A DNA stretch of 64,000 nucleotides, from contig CM075977.1 in the NCBI GenBank assembly GCA_038087875.1, forward strand, positions 84,506,001 through 84,570,000, in the 5' to 3' direction. The notes beneath the pieces were generated by a model. That model worked only from the letters and a program-made list of their open reading frames with translations, was not told the DNA's origin and ran no database searches. Source of the stretch: Malacoraja senta. Lineage: Eukaryota. The translations under genes were made by a program, and so were the position numbers. Below are positions 35,957-48,780 of this stretch, piece after piece; the first letter of the stretch is position 1; each line of letters begins with the position of its first letter.

Positions 35957-35962
35957 TTTATT
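35957..35962 (-). terminator. Candidate proximal SLCO5A1 polyA signal (AATAAA on the minus strand); a distal candidate lies at 28232-28237
   Basis: TTTATT on the plus strand about 415 nt past the stop; hexamer only. Confidence 0.25.
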
Positions 35963-36377
35963 TTATAAAATTGATATGGAAGTTTGTTACCTTGTTTCAA
36001 TTTCATTCAAAAACCATCTTTAAATTGACTCGAGTGTAAATGGGCACTCTAAAATCTTAAAAATGAAGCAGGTTTTCTTAGAATTTTAATCACATTGAGG
36101 TATCCAGCCCTCCAGTGCCAGAGTTCATATGATAATCTGTTTCTTATACTCAGTGGAAGTCACTAGTTAAATTAAAAAGGCACAGGTTTTGTTGTTTACC
36201 TGGAGAAACTTTCCAAAGGGTGCTTTTGCCAAAGAACTAAACTTCAGAACTATCAGGACTTTTTTTGACAACTAAATCTCTACGACAACATATTTATGAA
36301 TTCACCAATAATCAACCATCATATTGTCCATTGTAACTGTGTCCATTACAGTTTCCTGGGATCTTCCAGGGAATGTT

Positions 36378-36757
36378 CTATGCTACATATTGGACTGTTC
36401 CAGACTGTCGTAGATATTCACTGTGTTCAGCTCGTATTTGAAAGGCAGGGCACGATTGAGTCTGTGCATAGTTGTGGTGGGACCCTGGGTTGCTGACCAG
36501 TTCACTGACAGTGCTTATGGGTGAGGCTCTCTGTCTCCACCTTTGCAAATGGTTTTCTTTATGCTTGATTGAGTGCCAGGCAAAGAAGATAAAGATAAAA
36601 CCGGCAAACTTGAGGCCCGCTGCCAGTCCGAAGTAGACAAATCTGAAGGAAGTCACATCATATTCCCAGCAGGAGCCGACGATGCCACAATCCTGTTGCC
36701 AAAGCATGCAAGTTGTGTCAATCACAGCTCCGAAGTAAATTGGAGTTGGAATGTAAG
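36378..36757 (-). CDS. SLCO5A1: SLCO5A1 last coding exon, AYIPTPIYFGAVIDTTCMLWQQDCGIVGSCWEYDVTSFRFVYFGLAAGLKF...GTVQYVA*
   Basis: Acceptor ttgcttccag; OATP TM11-12 region with the PxPIYFGAxIDxxCxxW...GSCWxY motif; TAG at 36378-36380. Confidence 0.95.
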
Positions 36758-37696
36758 CTGGAAGCAACCAAATGGTTATAGTCAAATTAAGAAACTCAGG
36801 TGCAGTATAATTTATTTTTAAGATACCACTTCTATGATGCAAATATTAAACTGGTATGAGCAAAATAGCTATTAAAAGTGGCATCAAAGGGTTTCAATCT
36901 TTCCTGAGATGTTTTAATGGCTCAGAATAAACAACAGTTATACAAGATGTTAATTTGAAGGAAAGACGTTCAACGTAATGTCTGCAGAAATCAGTAAGTT
37001 GCACCCTTTCTAAACTGGAAGAGCTGAATCCTACTGTTTAGTAACTGCTTGCCCACACCACTGTCTTCAATGTTTCAAGATAATTGATATCCAATTTATG
37101 GAATGCAATGTAATTTTCCTGTTGTGAAACAGCATAATGATGTAATTATAACATGATCATTATAATAAATTCAGAAGGGGGTGTCAGATCAGAAGGGACT
37201 TTGCATGCACATTTTATAAGCTTTAATCTTTTGATACAGCATGCCAAAGGAATGCTTCAAAGCATGATTAGTATAAGTATATACATAACCTTGACAATGA
37301 AAGATTCAAACCGCACATTTCATGTATGCAGCGTTATTCTTAGGTTGGGCAATCAAGTGTAATTTTAACTTTGAGGAGGTGGAAGTCACATCCAACTTTT
37401 GCTGCAACAGTACTGGAGTGTCATCAAAACATAAACAGCTGTGGCTTCAGCAAAACAACTGCTGTCTGCAAACCTCAGAATAATTCTTCCACGGCTCTAT
37501 AATTACATTAATTTGTGCCTCACAAAGACATCTCAAAATACTCCACTCAGAAGTGCTTTTGAAGTGCCTGTGCCTGTGCCCGTAAAGTCAGAGAGCAGCA
37601 CTCATCTGAATCATCGTTTGATAGCATTTGGTTAAAGGAGAAACATCGGTCACATTTTGCACTTTATTCCTCTCCAAGCACTGCCATGGAATCTTT

Positions 37697-37860
37697 GTCT
37701 GAAGAAGGGTCTCTGAAGGGTCTCATGGAGTCTGAAGAAGGGTCTCGACCTGAAACGTCACCCATTCCTTCTCTCCAGAGATTCTGCCTGTCCTGCTGAG
37801 TTACTCCAGCTTTTTGTGTCCATCTTCGGTTTAAATCAGCATCTGCTGTTCCTACCTACA
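37697..37860 (+). mobile_element. Short Penelope-derived element with stuttered 5' end and 12-bp TSD
   Basis: TSD catggaatcttt at 37685-37696 and 37861-37872; repeated partial tctgaag(aag)ggtctc heads. Confidence 0.8.
37729..37763 (+). ncRNA. Minimal type-I hammerhead ribozyme motif
   Basis: agt-CTGAAGA-a-gggt-ctcg-acct-GAAA-c-GTC-accc. Confidence 0.6.
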
Positions 37861-38380
37861 CATGGAATCTTTAATCCTCTTTTTGATTTATATTTCCTCC
37901 AGTGGAAGGTTAGCCACAATTTTGTCTCCAAAAAAAAAATGCTATTCTCAAATGATAAATACTAAAATTCATATATAGCTATACATGAACAGGTATCTAA
38001 ATTTAACATTAAATACAGAGCTTAATTCATGCTCCTATTGATCAACCCGCAGAGTTTTTTGTGTCTATCTTCGGTTTAAACCTTCCTACACATATTGATC
38101 AATATTATTCAGCATTAAACTTGCAGGTCTTTATCATGGGGAAAAATACTAAGACCTGGGTCACAAATATATAGCATGTGGAGATGGGGGCTCTGCCAGA
38201 GCCCAGCCTGAGAATGCGGAGCAGAACAACAGACAGCCAACCATGTCATCTCTGGGTGCCCGCTCTACCACCCACCAAATGGAGCTCAGGGCCTGGCAGA
38301 CATTGACGCTGAGACAACAACCTGGCTGCTCAACACCCGGCTTGAGATCTAACTATTCCTTTGGTTTATGTTTCATTCGC

Positions 38381-38428
38381 AAGAAGAAGAAGAAGAAGAA
38401 GAAGAAGAAGAAGAAGAAGAAGAAGAAG
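38381..38428 (+). repeat. (AAG)16 microsatellite
   Basis: Perfect trinucleotide run; it causes the spurious poly-Lys ORF. Confidence 0.95.
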
Positions 38429-38819
38429 CTAACATTAAAAAAAAAAGTGAATGAACTTAGTTCAAATAATTCATTTGATCAATTATTAGCCCATTGATAA
38501 AACATTAATAAAGTCGTTAGTGCTTTCAAGTGGAATTTTATCAAAAACTAAGTCACTACTAAATTGGTGTCCAACCAGGACCAATTGGTGTCAAACTGGT
38601 CCTCATTATTACTTTGATCTCAAAGACATGAGGAGAGAATCACTGCCCTTGACACCAAGGAATCTTGCTAAAATTAATATAGAGCAGGGGGGAATCTCAT
38701 ATGAATTGTAGTTTACCAAGCAAGTGGTTGTTTTAGCCAATCAGGTCAATATGAGAACACTGTTGTAGGACCTGTTCATTGAATGAACTAGGCCTAACCC
38801 TTCTAATTATCAACATAAA

Positions 38820-39900
38820 ATAAATCACAGGATATGGGGAAGGGACAAGAAAGTGGAGTTGAGGTTCATGATCATCCATAATAATATCAAATGGTGGACC
38901 AAGTTTGACCTACCCCCACTCCTATTTCTTATGCTCTTATGCTTCTGGCATGATTCCACATGCAAAATAACCTGGCCAACATCTGCTGATAAGTGTCAAG
39001 TGAGAATCTTGCCCACAACTGCCAGACCATAAATATATGTTTGAACCTCATCTGCCATTACATATAAGCATACAAAATGGAAGAAGGTGTAGGTCGCTTG
39101 GTCCCCCAAGCCTGCTCTGATCATGGTTATTGTGATTATAACCACAAACTCACTTTCCAGTTTACCTATGAAAGCTTTTCAACCCAATGTGTATCAAGAA
39201 TCTGCCACTACATTAACAACATTCTAGTTATCTACACTTAGCTTCTATGACCCTTTGAAGAAGAGAGTTCTAAAGATTTACAACCTTCTGAGAGGACAAA
39301 ATCACCTCTTTATTCAATCTCTTATTTTTAAACAATGACTCTTGTTCAATATTGTTAAATTTTTAAACAATAGTTCCAGATTCTCCCACAACAGGAAGTT
39401 TGCTCTCCACATCCATCCCATCAACATTTCACAAAATCTCATATAATTCCCTGTCTATGTTCTGAATGGATAGATGCCTCGCCTATCAAATCTTTCCTTG
39501 TAGGACAATGCCCTCATGCATGATGCATATAAACATGGCCCAAATTATTTTAGTACATTAAAATCCTTTTTTACATAAGGAGACCAATATGGTACATGTG
39601 TATGAAGGAAGTGCAGATGCTGGTTTAAACCGAAGATAGACGCAAAATGTTGGAGTAATTCAACGGGACAGGAAGCATTTTTTTGTAGAGATGGAATGGG
39701 TGACGTTTCGGGGTGGAGACCATGCTTCAGACTGAGATACTCCAGCAGTTTGTGTCCAACACTGTACATGATGAGCTGGCTGTTTATCAATCTGCTATAT
39801 AACTAAAGCATAACCTCCAAACTTCAGCGTTCAATTCCCCTCACAATAAATAATAACATTCTGTTAACTGTCCGGATTATATACTGTACAATAAAAAATA
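38820..39900. mobile_element. Cluster of old CR1 fragments interrupted by a Penelope-derived element (39599-39763, TSD gtacatg)
   Basis: A CR1 3' end on + (38820-38945) and a minus-strand CR1 (~39060-39900) split by the insert. Confidence 0.6.
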
Positions 39901-40773
39901 TTGCTGAATCTTCTGCCTTCTGCGGTAACAGGCAGTACACTGCGCATTGTCAGAACTTCTGGGATGAAAGTGTCTTTCTTCTTATCACGTCTGGGTTTGT
40001 TACATTTATTGTGAATCCTACTTTATATCCATATATATCCATATATTCCCTTCACCAGAAAGCATTTGTTCATATTTACTCCATCCTTCGATAGCTTAAA
40101 CATTGCTAACATATCACTTCTTAACCAATTCTAATGAAATGTCATTGTCCTGAAACATGAACTGTTTCTCTCTCTACAGATGCTGCCCAAATTCCTGAAT
40201 ATTTCCCACCTTTTTAGTTTTTATTTCAGCTCTCTACTGTCTGCAGCATTTTTCTGTTTCTTTACCCCTTAGACTTTTCTGCTCGAAGGAGAACAACCCC
40301 AGTCTCTCCAATTCCTTCCCCTAACTAAATATAACTAAGCAAAGAAACTGTCAATAAATTCAGAAACAGGCTTGTTGTTCAACATGAATTGTCACTTTGT
40401 CTTCAGTATCTCCTGAATGGAGGGCAGGTGAGAAATTGTGCATGGAATATCACACACTTTTAACAACAATAACTGATCTTTTTCTTGGTTGACTTACTGA
40501 ATGAAAAAGAGTGTGAAAGATGAGCAATCCAGCCAACTTTCCACACTGTCCTACTAATGTGGTTTATCATCCTGGAGCCAAAGTCAGAAAACTATTAAGA
40601 TTGCACAGCATTGTTCTGAAGAGTCCCGGGGGGTGCGATTTCCCAGCTAATATTCGTCCTTCAACCAACAGTCTATCAGATGTATGTGGGACTTTCCAGA
40701 GTGAACATCAGAGCAGGGACTATACTAGAAATGCCATTTGTTGAATCAGACACAATTTGGTTCATCCTGATGT

Positions 40774-41370
40774 AGAAACAAGGAACTGCAGATGGTAGTT
40801 TACACAAAAGGACAGAGTGCTGGAGTCATCCAGCAGGTCAGGCAGCATCTCTGGAGAACATGGGTAGGTGACGTTTTGGGTCAGGACCCTTCTTCAGACT
40901 GGTTGTGGGGGTAAGGGGAAACAAATCTGGAAGAGAGGAGAGGCAGGACAAAGCATGGCAGGTACAGTAATAGATGGACACAGGTGAGGGAGGTTTTAGA
41001 TAGACGGATAGTTGGAACACGGGCCAGATATAAAAACAGAAAGTGTGATACAGGATTGAATAGTTGTGAATTGTGAAACCAGGCATTCCTTCCTCTGATT
41101 CACAATTCACAACTAATCAATTATGTCTCACGCCTTCTGCTGTTATCTCTGGCCTTTGTTCAAACATCTGCCTATCGAACCTCCCCCCCCCCCCCCCCAC
41201 CTATGTCCCCCTATTACCTATCATGCGTAGTCCTGCCTCTCCACTCATACAGCTTTCTTGCCCCCCTCCCCCAAACAGTCTGAAGAAGAGTCTTGACCGG
41301 AAACGTCACCCTATCCATATTCTCCAGAGACACTTCCTGACCCGTTGAATTACTCCAGTTTTTGTGTCCT
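40774..41370. mobile_element. ~600-bp palindromic Penelope-derived element (two terminal-repeat copies head-to-head)
   Basis: Axis near 41085 (tagttgtgaattgtgaa ... ttcacaattcacaacta); both arms carry ctgaagaag..aaacgtcacc; degenerate TSD at 40756-40773 and 41371-41388. Confidence 0.78.
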
Positions 41371-41607
41371 TTTGGACCATCCAGATGTTGTGAAAGGCAC
41401 CATAAAAAATACTCGTTGCCCATCCTCAGTCCTCCGTTGTTCTTTTTCAATATATTGCCGCAGGATTTTTCATTAGATTTTCAACTGTTCATCTATATTT
41501 CTCTCACCCAGAACTAACCACAACTAATTAATCCAAGTTATGATTCATTGAAGCATTGATCCCTGCCTTGCTCTAGCAGAAATCATGCATATTATAAAAT
41601 ACAATAT

Positions 41608-41912
41608 CGGTGGTCAGCGGTAGAGTTGCTGCCTTACAGCGAATGCAGCGCCGGGTTCGATCCCGACTACGGGTGCTGTCTGTATGGAGTTTGTACGTTC
41701 TCCCCATGACCTGCGTGGGTTTTCTCTGAGATCTTCGGTCTCCTCCCACACTCCAAAGACGTACAGGTTTGTAGGTTAATTGGCTTGGTAAATGCAAAAA
41801 TTGTCCCTAGTGGGTGTAGGATAGTGTCAATGTGCGGGGATCGCTGGTCGGCACGGACCCGGTGGGCCGAAGGGCCTGTTTCTGTGCTGTAACTCTAAAC
41901 TAAACTAAACTA
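41608..41912 (+). mobile_element. Young V-SINE (HE1-like), CpG-rich, ending ~19 nt from an SLCO5A1 splice donor
   Basis: B-box gggttcgatcc, V-domain and (ctaaa)n tail. Confidence 0.85.
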
Positions 41913-41932
41913 TTGAAATATTACTTGCTTAC

Positions 41933-41997
41933 CAAGAGTTCGTAAGAGAACAAATTGCATTCCCAGCGCAAAAGGTCTCTCCTGATCATCTACAGAC
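41933..41997 (-). CDS. SLCO5A1: SLCO5A1 exon, (R)SVDDQERPFALGMQFVLLRTL(A); 65 bp
   Basis: Acceptor tttttag and donor gtaagc; phases 2 and 1 match both neighbours; OATP 'ExxFALGxQxxxxRxL' motif. Confidence 0.93.
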
Positions 41998-43669
41998 CTA
42001 AAATAAAGAATTGTTCAAATTAATTTGTCCCATTGTCATGAAAAAAATAATACAGTATATACATGGATTCATTTTCATCTTTGTAATTGTAATCATGCAT
42101 CAGACAATTATAGTGGAGTCGGAAGTACAAAAAAAACCCCTGCTGAGCCCAAATAACCAGAGCCTTCAATGTTATAGGCTCCAACCATAAGTACGCGGTT
42201 GAGTGGCATACAAGGCTGAAGACCAATAAAGGAGATGAACAACACCAGCATTTTTAAACATTCTCCAGGTGAGTGGCCTGGAAAGGACATCCTTGGATCT
42301 CCTTCATGGTCAAGGGATGTGTACAATGGTACTTGTGAGAGCACATCAATTAACAGTGGCATTAACGTACCATGGATGGGTCGGAGCAAATGGTTCCCTT
42401 CCCCAGAAAACAGGACAGAAACTGAAATCCCATTTGTTCCACCCTTTGTGCCTTCCCCACCGTCCTTACTATCTAGATTAGCTTGTTTCTGTTTTTCTCA
42501 GTTCTAATGGAGGGTCACAGATCTGAAACATCAACTGTTTCTCTTTCCACTGATGCTGTCTCGGCTGCTAAGTGGTTGATTGTATTTTTTAATTTTCATT
42601 TCAGCTTTCTAGTGTCTGAAGTTCTCATTTTTAATTGAACCTCTTAGCTGTGCTTTGGGAATAATGTTTAAAATGATCCGGAATCGTATTCGCATCGTCA
42701 TACATATAAGAAGCACTTCCATCACATCTGAACTTTAGGGTATTCATATTGGGAATGTTCCCACTAGGAACTTGAGGGAAGAGAAATTACTATAGATACT
42801 GAATGGTAGAAATGACTACAATTTTTGCTTCCATATTTATTTTGTATATCACTCATTGCTTATAATTATTATGGTATCATTTGGAGGAGTACCAATAAAG
42901 CTATAAATTAAGTTAAAAAAATAATGTTAAGGATAAAATTATGTTTTAATAGTAAGTTAACAAAGTTTTGATTGGCTCAAGTTATTACTTGTGAACAGGT
43001 AATCATATGGCATGCACTGATATATCAGCCTTCCAGACAAACCTATGAAAAGTGATGGGCAGAGAAAGATCAGTAGGTCCCTCAACAGTCACACATCACA
43101 ATGGCTGGAAGATAACAATTACAACTCCTCTTCATGACTCTCCCATGACCCCAAACACTTTACTGCACTAGAACAAAGTTTCTTTACCACTCCCAATGAA
43201 GTTACACCAGCAAAGTAGGAGCACCTTGAGAAGAGTTTCAGACAAAATTTAAAACAGGACAGAGGCCTGCAAATGATAGAAATCCTTGCAACAAATATTC
43301 TTGCAATATCGTTATTCCCTTATCATGTACTGTATCTGTACACAGTGAATGGCCCAATTATAATCATGCGTTGTCTCTCCGCTGACTGGCTAATACGTAA
43401 CAAAAGCTCTTCACTGTACCTCGGTACACGTGACAATAAACTAAACCAAACTAAATCCACTGGGCAAGTCCACAAGCTACTGTCGACCCAATGAATCTCC
43501 ATGATCTATGAATTGTGCTCGGCAAAGCTACAATTTAATTTGTAAATGCAGCCGCACAAATAACATTGATAGTTCAGTTAAGTGCTGAAAGTAAAGACCT
43601 CACATGATTTCACTTTCAAGTGAGCAACTCGAGACCCAGCAGCACAGGAAATTTTTAAAGCAGCTTTAG

Positions 43670-44090
43670 CAATAGGGAGAGGTTGAGCAAGCTAGGACTT
43701 TATTCCTTGGCGTGCAGGTGCTGATAGTTGATTTTACAGAGGTGTACAAAATCATGAGGGGAATAGATGTGTGAATGCAGAGCTTTTTTCCCCCACCATA
43801 GTAGAATCAAGAACTATAAGGCATATGTTTAAAGTGAGAAGGGAAAGATTTAATAAGGACCTGAGATGCAATATTTTCACACAGAGGGTGGTGGATATAT
43901 GGAACAAGTTGCCAGAGGATGTAATTGAGGCAATACTTGAGACAACAGAAGGAAATTGGACCATACTTGGATAGGAAAGGTTTGGACGGATATAAGCCAA
44001 ACGCAGGTAAATGGGACTAGCTTAGATGGGGTTTCTTGGTCAGGAAGGACGAGTTGGGCTGTAGGGTCTGTTTCCGTGCTGTATCATTCT
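43670..44090 (+). mobile_element. CR1 3' fragment
   Basis: ORF 43771 gives ESRTIRHMFKVRRERF...FTQRVVDIWNKLPEDVIEA. Confidence 0.8.
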
Positions 44091-44854
44091 TTTGTCTTCT
44101 CTTTTCCTGATAACTCCTTTTTGCTGATGATTGAAATCACAAACTCCGACTGCAGAGTGCGTGCCATTTACTTTTCCCCCTGTGTCCAATCTTCATGCTC
44201 TGCCACTCGTGCCACAAACTGTCAGACTAGTCCTCATCGTATCTCTCTTTCTGACCTTCCTGCATCATCATCCCTGCCGTAGTTGGCAGTCCAGGAAAAG
44301 GTAAAAAATGCGCAAATCCTGCTTACATTGGAACAACTGCACTGCACTGCACTGCTGATTCTTGTCATGAAGCAAGTCTGACATCTTTACATTTATTCTG
44401 TTCAGCAATGACAGCAGTGGTTCCAATTCTGTTTCTGCTATGGAAAGTACCAGCCAAGTGCATTGAACAGGAAATAGCTTCCATGTGCAAGTCCCTGCAG
44501 GAAATCTTGGACTTCTGAATAAATCCTGCAAGTGGTATGTTTACTGCAAATATTGCCCAGTCTTAGGGTGCTCTTGCTTTACAACATTACAGGTGATAGT
44601 GGATTAATTTGATCTGGACATGTAGACACACAACCTGTCTACACCATTAAAAATGAGGACTGCGATGTTTGACATTTTGTTTTCGAAATTGACATAACTT
44701 GTTATTATTGTTAATAATAATGAGGGTGATATGATCTGGACTATAAATTGCTCTAAAATACTAGGTGACAGCAAATTAAAACTTCATGTACTTTTCTCCA
44801 ACTGCTTGAGCTTGCATGCCTGGTTGGTGCACTTTGGCAACAAGGAGTTCTTAC

Positions 44855-45096
44855 CTGAGTGTTACGATGATAACCGATGGCTGTGCACAAGCTGTAATTA
44901 GTGTGACGATGAAGAGAAATATTAGAAAAGGGATGAGTGTGTTGCATGTGCGCTCACACTTGCCGGACACTGCATACCCATTCTCATTCAGGTATGTTTT
45001 CACAATAACCAGTCGGAGCTGATTTTTCTGCCCTGTTGTAGGCGGGGTTATCACCTGCCGACTTTGAACACAGGTACAGTCAGTGTAGTTCCTCAT
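44855..45096 (-). CDS. SLCO5A1: SLCO5A1 exon, MRNYTDCTCVQSRQ...GKCERTCNTLIPFLIFLFIVTLITACAQPSVIIVTL(R); 242 bp
   Basis: Acceptor ttttgcag and donor gtaaga; end of the Cys-rich extracellular loop plus TM10. Confidence 0.95.
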
Positions 45097-45199
45097 CTGC
45101 AAAACAACACAATTGATATTCAAAAGGAGCATTACCGCTTACTTTTGCTCACTGCAAGAATTCAAGAGTCGGGAAATGAGTAAAGCAATAATTTGGTTC

Positions 45200-45890
45200 G
45201 CATCTGTGGAGGGACTTGAATTAAGATGATTCGGGTCAGGACCCTTCTTCAGACTAAAGCAGTGGTGGGGGTGGGAGAGAGCTGGAAAAGAGAGGTGGGG
45301 CGGGGCAACTTTTGACAAGTATAGGCGGATACAGGTGGGGGGGGGGTTGATTGGTAGATGGGTGGAGTAAGTGATAAAGGCTAGAGAAGGATGCAAAACA
45401 GTGTCAGATAAGGAAAGAAGAGGAAGAGTGAAATATAAAGCTAGAGGGATGGATATCGGTGGAAGGGAACAGTGGGGAAATAAAAGAGGTGGGATAACAA
45501 GGAAATATGGGGCTCAGGGATGGGAGATGAGTGTACATTAGGAGGGCAAATGAGTAGGGTGACTGGGGTGGTGAGAGAAATATGTGCACATCGAGGTGAA
45601 AAGGGCAGGGAAAAAAGTGTGTGGGGGGGGGGGGGGTGTAATGGTGAGTATTACTGGAAATTGAAGAATTCAATGTTCATACTGCTGGGTCATAAGCTAC
45701 CCCACCAGCATATAAGGTGCTGATCTTCCAGTTTGAGTGTGGCCTCACTGTAGCAATGGAGGAGACTAAGGGCAGAAAGGTCAATATGGGAATGGAACGG
45801 GGAGTTAAAATGGTTAGCAACCAGGAGATCCAGCAAGCCTTGGCAGACAAAAGTGGCAAGTGCTCGACAAAATGCTCGTGCAGATACAGG
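45200..45890 (-). mobile_element. Degenerate Penelope-like 3' fragment
   Basis: Minus-strand VANHFNSPFHSHIDLSALSLLHCYSEATLKLEDQHLI; terminal repeat at ~45200-45260. Confidence 0.78.
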
Positions 45891-46329
45891 TGGGGGGGGG
45901 GGGGGGGGGGAGGGGGGGGCAATCTGCTGCATCGAGCTCAACTGTTGCTTTAAATTCCATGAGTCTTCATTTTAGCCAGCAGCATCTCATGTGGAATTCG
46001 ATGGTTGCATTCTGGAATACATGCACAAATCCTAATCACCTCTGAAGAAGTTAGTTCTTCAAAAAAATCTAAATTGTTTGTTGAACCAAACTGACACCCT
46101 CTAATTAGCTTCAGATATCGTCAGATGCTCATACATTCCTTCTTTAATGATAAGTTGTAACAATTTACCACAATTGCTAAAACCAACAAGTCAACCATGT
46201 GCAGTCTTTACCTTTTTGATTTGGGGATTTAGAGTCTACATGGACATTAGTCTACAAGGCCTTTGACAAGGTCCCTTCAGGGGTAGACTGGTCCAGAAGA
46301 CTAGATCACATGGGATCCACAGTAAGTAT

Positions 46330-47093
46330 ATGACGTCAAAAACCATGGCGTGATATTTGACTCAGCACTGAAATTTGACAAACAAGTCAATGCCGTGGTA
46401 AAAGCTAGCTCTTTCAGCTTCGGACGATAGCTAAAATAAAACAATTCCTCCACTTTGATGACCTCGAAAAGATCATCCACACATTTATCTCCTCCCGCCC
46501 TGCAACTCCCTTTACACTGGCATCAGCCAATCTTCCCTGTCCCGCCTGCAACTGGTCCAAAACGCCGCAGCGAGACTCCTGATGGGCACCCGAAAAAGGG
46601 ACCACATCACCCCGATCCTGGCCTCTCCCCACTGGCTCCCTGTGCGGTTCCGTATAAACTTCAAGATCCTCCTCCATGTCTACAAAGCCCTCAATGGGCT
46701 TGCCCCCACCTACATAAAAAGTCTTCTCACCCACCACTCCACCTCCAGGCCCCTCAGATCGGCCGACTTGGGGTTGCTGAATATCCCACGGTCTAGGCAT
46801 AAGCTCAGGGGCGACCGCGCCTTTGCGGTTGCAGCCCCTAGACTGTGGAACAGCATCCCCTTTCCCATCAGAACTGCCCCCTCCATCGACTCTTTTAAGT
46901 CAAGACTAAAGACTTATCTATACTCTCAAGCCTTTCCTGACGTCCTCTAAGTGAGGGCTACATGTATGTATGTATGTAGTTTGTTTTGTTGTGCTATTCT
47001 TATAACAAATGTAAAGCACTTTGGCCAACGAGAGTTGTTTTTTAAATGTGCTATATAAATAAATGTGACTTGACTTGACTTGACTTGACTAGA
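46330..47093 (+). mobile_element. L2-clade LINE 3' fragment with (tgact)n tail
   Basis: ORF 46582-46950 gives DHITPILAS.HWLPVRFRINFKILL...RAFAVAAPRLWNSIP...FKSRLKTYLY, an L2 ORF2 C-terminus. Confidence 0.9.
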
Positions 47094-47216
47094 CTATTGG
47101 ATACAACATTGAATTGATGGTAGGGGCGACAGCGTGGTAGTGGAAAGTTGTTTTACAATTTAGAGGTCTGTGACCACTGGTGTCCTGCAGGGATAAGTGC
47201 CAGGTCTTCTGTTGCT

Positions 47217-47639
47217 CATGGGCGGAAATCCTGGGGGGGGGGGGGGGGGGGGGAATCCCCCCCCATGTTTTGTAATCCGGACTATCAGACGCTTTCTAAG
47301 GGCTGAATCGGCCCGTTTGCGGGGCCTTTCACGCCCGGCGCGGCTTAAATTCAAACTGCTGCATCGAGGCGATCGAGGCTCCCGATGTTGAAGCCCCCGC
47401 CGGCCGATGAAAGGCCCCGTGAACGGGCCGATTCAAGCCCCACGATTCGGGGCGGACGAAGCTGCTGTTGCTGGAATTCGGAGTCGGTCACCAACCAGGT
47501 CAGCTTCCGATGTTACCGTCCACAGGGCCCACGGCCGAAGCCTCACGTGTGTGTACACGTGCGCGTGTGTGTGCGCGCATGCTCACGGCCGCCAAGAAAT
47601 TGTGTCCCCCCCCCCTATGTTTTGATAGCGATTTCCATG
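47217..47639. mobile_element. GC/CpG-rich non-autonomous DNA-transposon-like insert (superfamily uncertain)
   Basis: Left end catgggcggaaatc, right end gatttccatg (partial inverted match); duplicated internal ccccc(c)atgttttg; it interrupts CR1 sequence. Confidence 0.55.
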
Positions 47640-48379
47640 ATTTGGATGATAATGTAGGTGGATGATTTGTAAGATTGCGGATGTCATCAAAATTGATCGT
47701 GTAGTGGTCAGTTACGAAGGTTATCTCAGATTACAAAGTATCTAGCTCAACTGGTCAAGAAGGTAAACGAATAGCAGGTGGAAGGCAGAAGATACCAGGG
47801 CTGGACATACACAGAGAAGAGCAGAGTCCCAACAAGTGTTGTAGAACAGAGAGACCTAGTAGTTAGTTCCTTTAAACTGGTGGCAGGTAGATGGGATGGT
47901 GAAGAAAACTTAATAAATGCTGGCTTTCATCAGTTGGGGCATTAAATACAGGAGCTGGAATGTCATGTTACAGCTGTACAAGACATTGGTGAGACCGCAC
48001 TCAGAGTGCAGTTCTCCTTCACGCCTTCGGAAGAATGTGATTAAGCTGGAGATGATGCAAAAATATTTCAGAAGAACGTTGAGTTTGAGTTATAAGAGGG
48101 ACTGGTTTCCCTGGAGCAAAGGTGGCTGAGGGGTGATGTAGATGAGTCAGTATTAGTTGACCTGATCCACTTCATGTTTTACTGCAGACCTCTGTACACT
48201 CAAACAGTCATCTGGTTGAGTGTCTCATATTATCTAGCCTGCTAGTCCAGCTTCCAGTTAGATTCGTCGTTCAGCTTGAGCTTACAACACCTATGTATTT
48301 GAGCTCTGTGTGTTTTCTAAATTAAACAACTTATACTCATGTACGGATTCTGTGTTATTACACATTCCCATAGGTGACT

Positions 48380-48780
48380 TTATAAAGGTTTATTCTGAGA
48401 GGCATAGAATAAGTGGATGGTCATGGTCTTTTTCACAGGGCAAGGTTTATTACTATAGGGCACAGATTCATGTTGAGAAGAGAACGATTTGAAGGGGACC
48501 TGAGGATCAACCTTTTCACCCAGAGGGTTATAAGGTCATAGGGTCATAAGGAATAGGAGTAGAATTAGGCCAATCGGCGCATCAAGTCTACTCCGCCATT
48601 CAATCATGGCTGATCTATCTCTCCCTCCTAACCCCATTCTCCTGCCTTCTCCCCATAACCTCTGACACCAGGGTTGTGAATATATGGAATGAGTTTCTAG
48701 AGGAGGTGTTTGGTGTAGGTACAATTACAACATTTAGACAGGTACAAGGATAGGAATGGTTTTGTATGGTAGGGGCAAGC
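48380..48780 (+). mobile_element. CR1 3' fragment with a nested opposite-strand CR1 tail (~48530-48669)
   Basis: The host resumes after a duplicated agggtt; the insert ends in a (cttatgacc)-type tail on the minus strand. Confidence 0.7.

Larger units (their letters stand above)
46230..48135 (+). mobile_element. Old CR1 RT fragment interrupted by an L2 and a MITE-like insert
   Basis: gtctacatggac..aaggcctttgacaaggtcc at ~46235; resumes at ~47090 and ~47640; ORF 47917 gives LAFISWGIKYRSWNVMLQLYKTLVRPH. Confidence 0.75.

Noticed and set aside
38243-38497. Poly-lysine ORF
   Set aside because: Product of the (AAG)16 microsatellite in an SLCO5A1 intron.
45892-45919. Poly-G/poly-C tracts (also ~4827, 30714, 31924, 47233) as functional G-quadruplexes
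   Set aside because: Simple homopolymer runs, several inside repeats, with unreliable length and no functional context.
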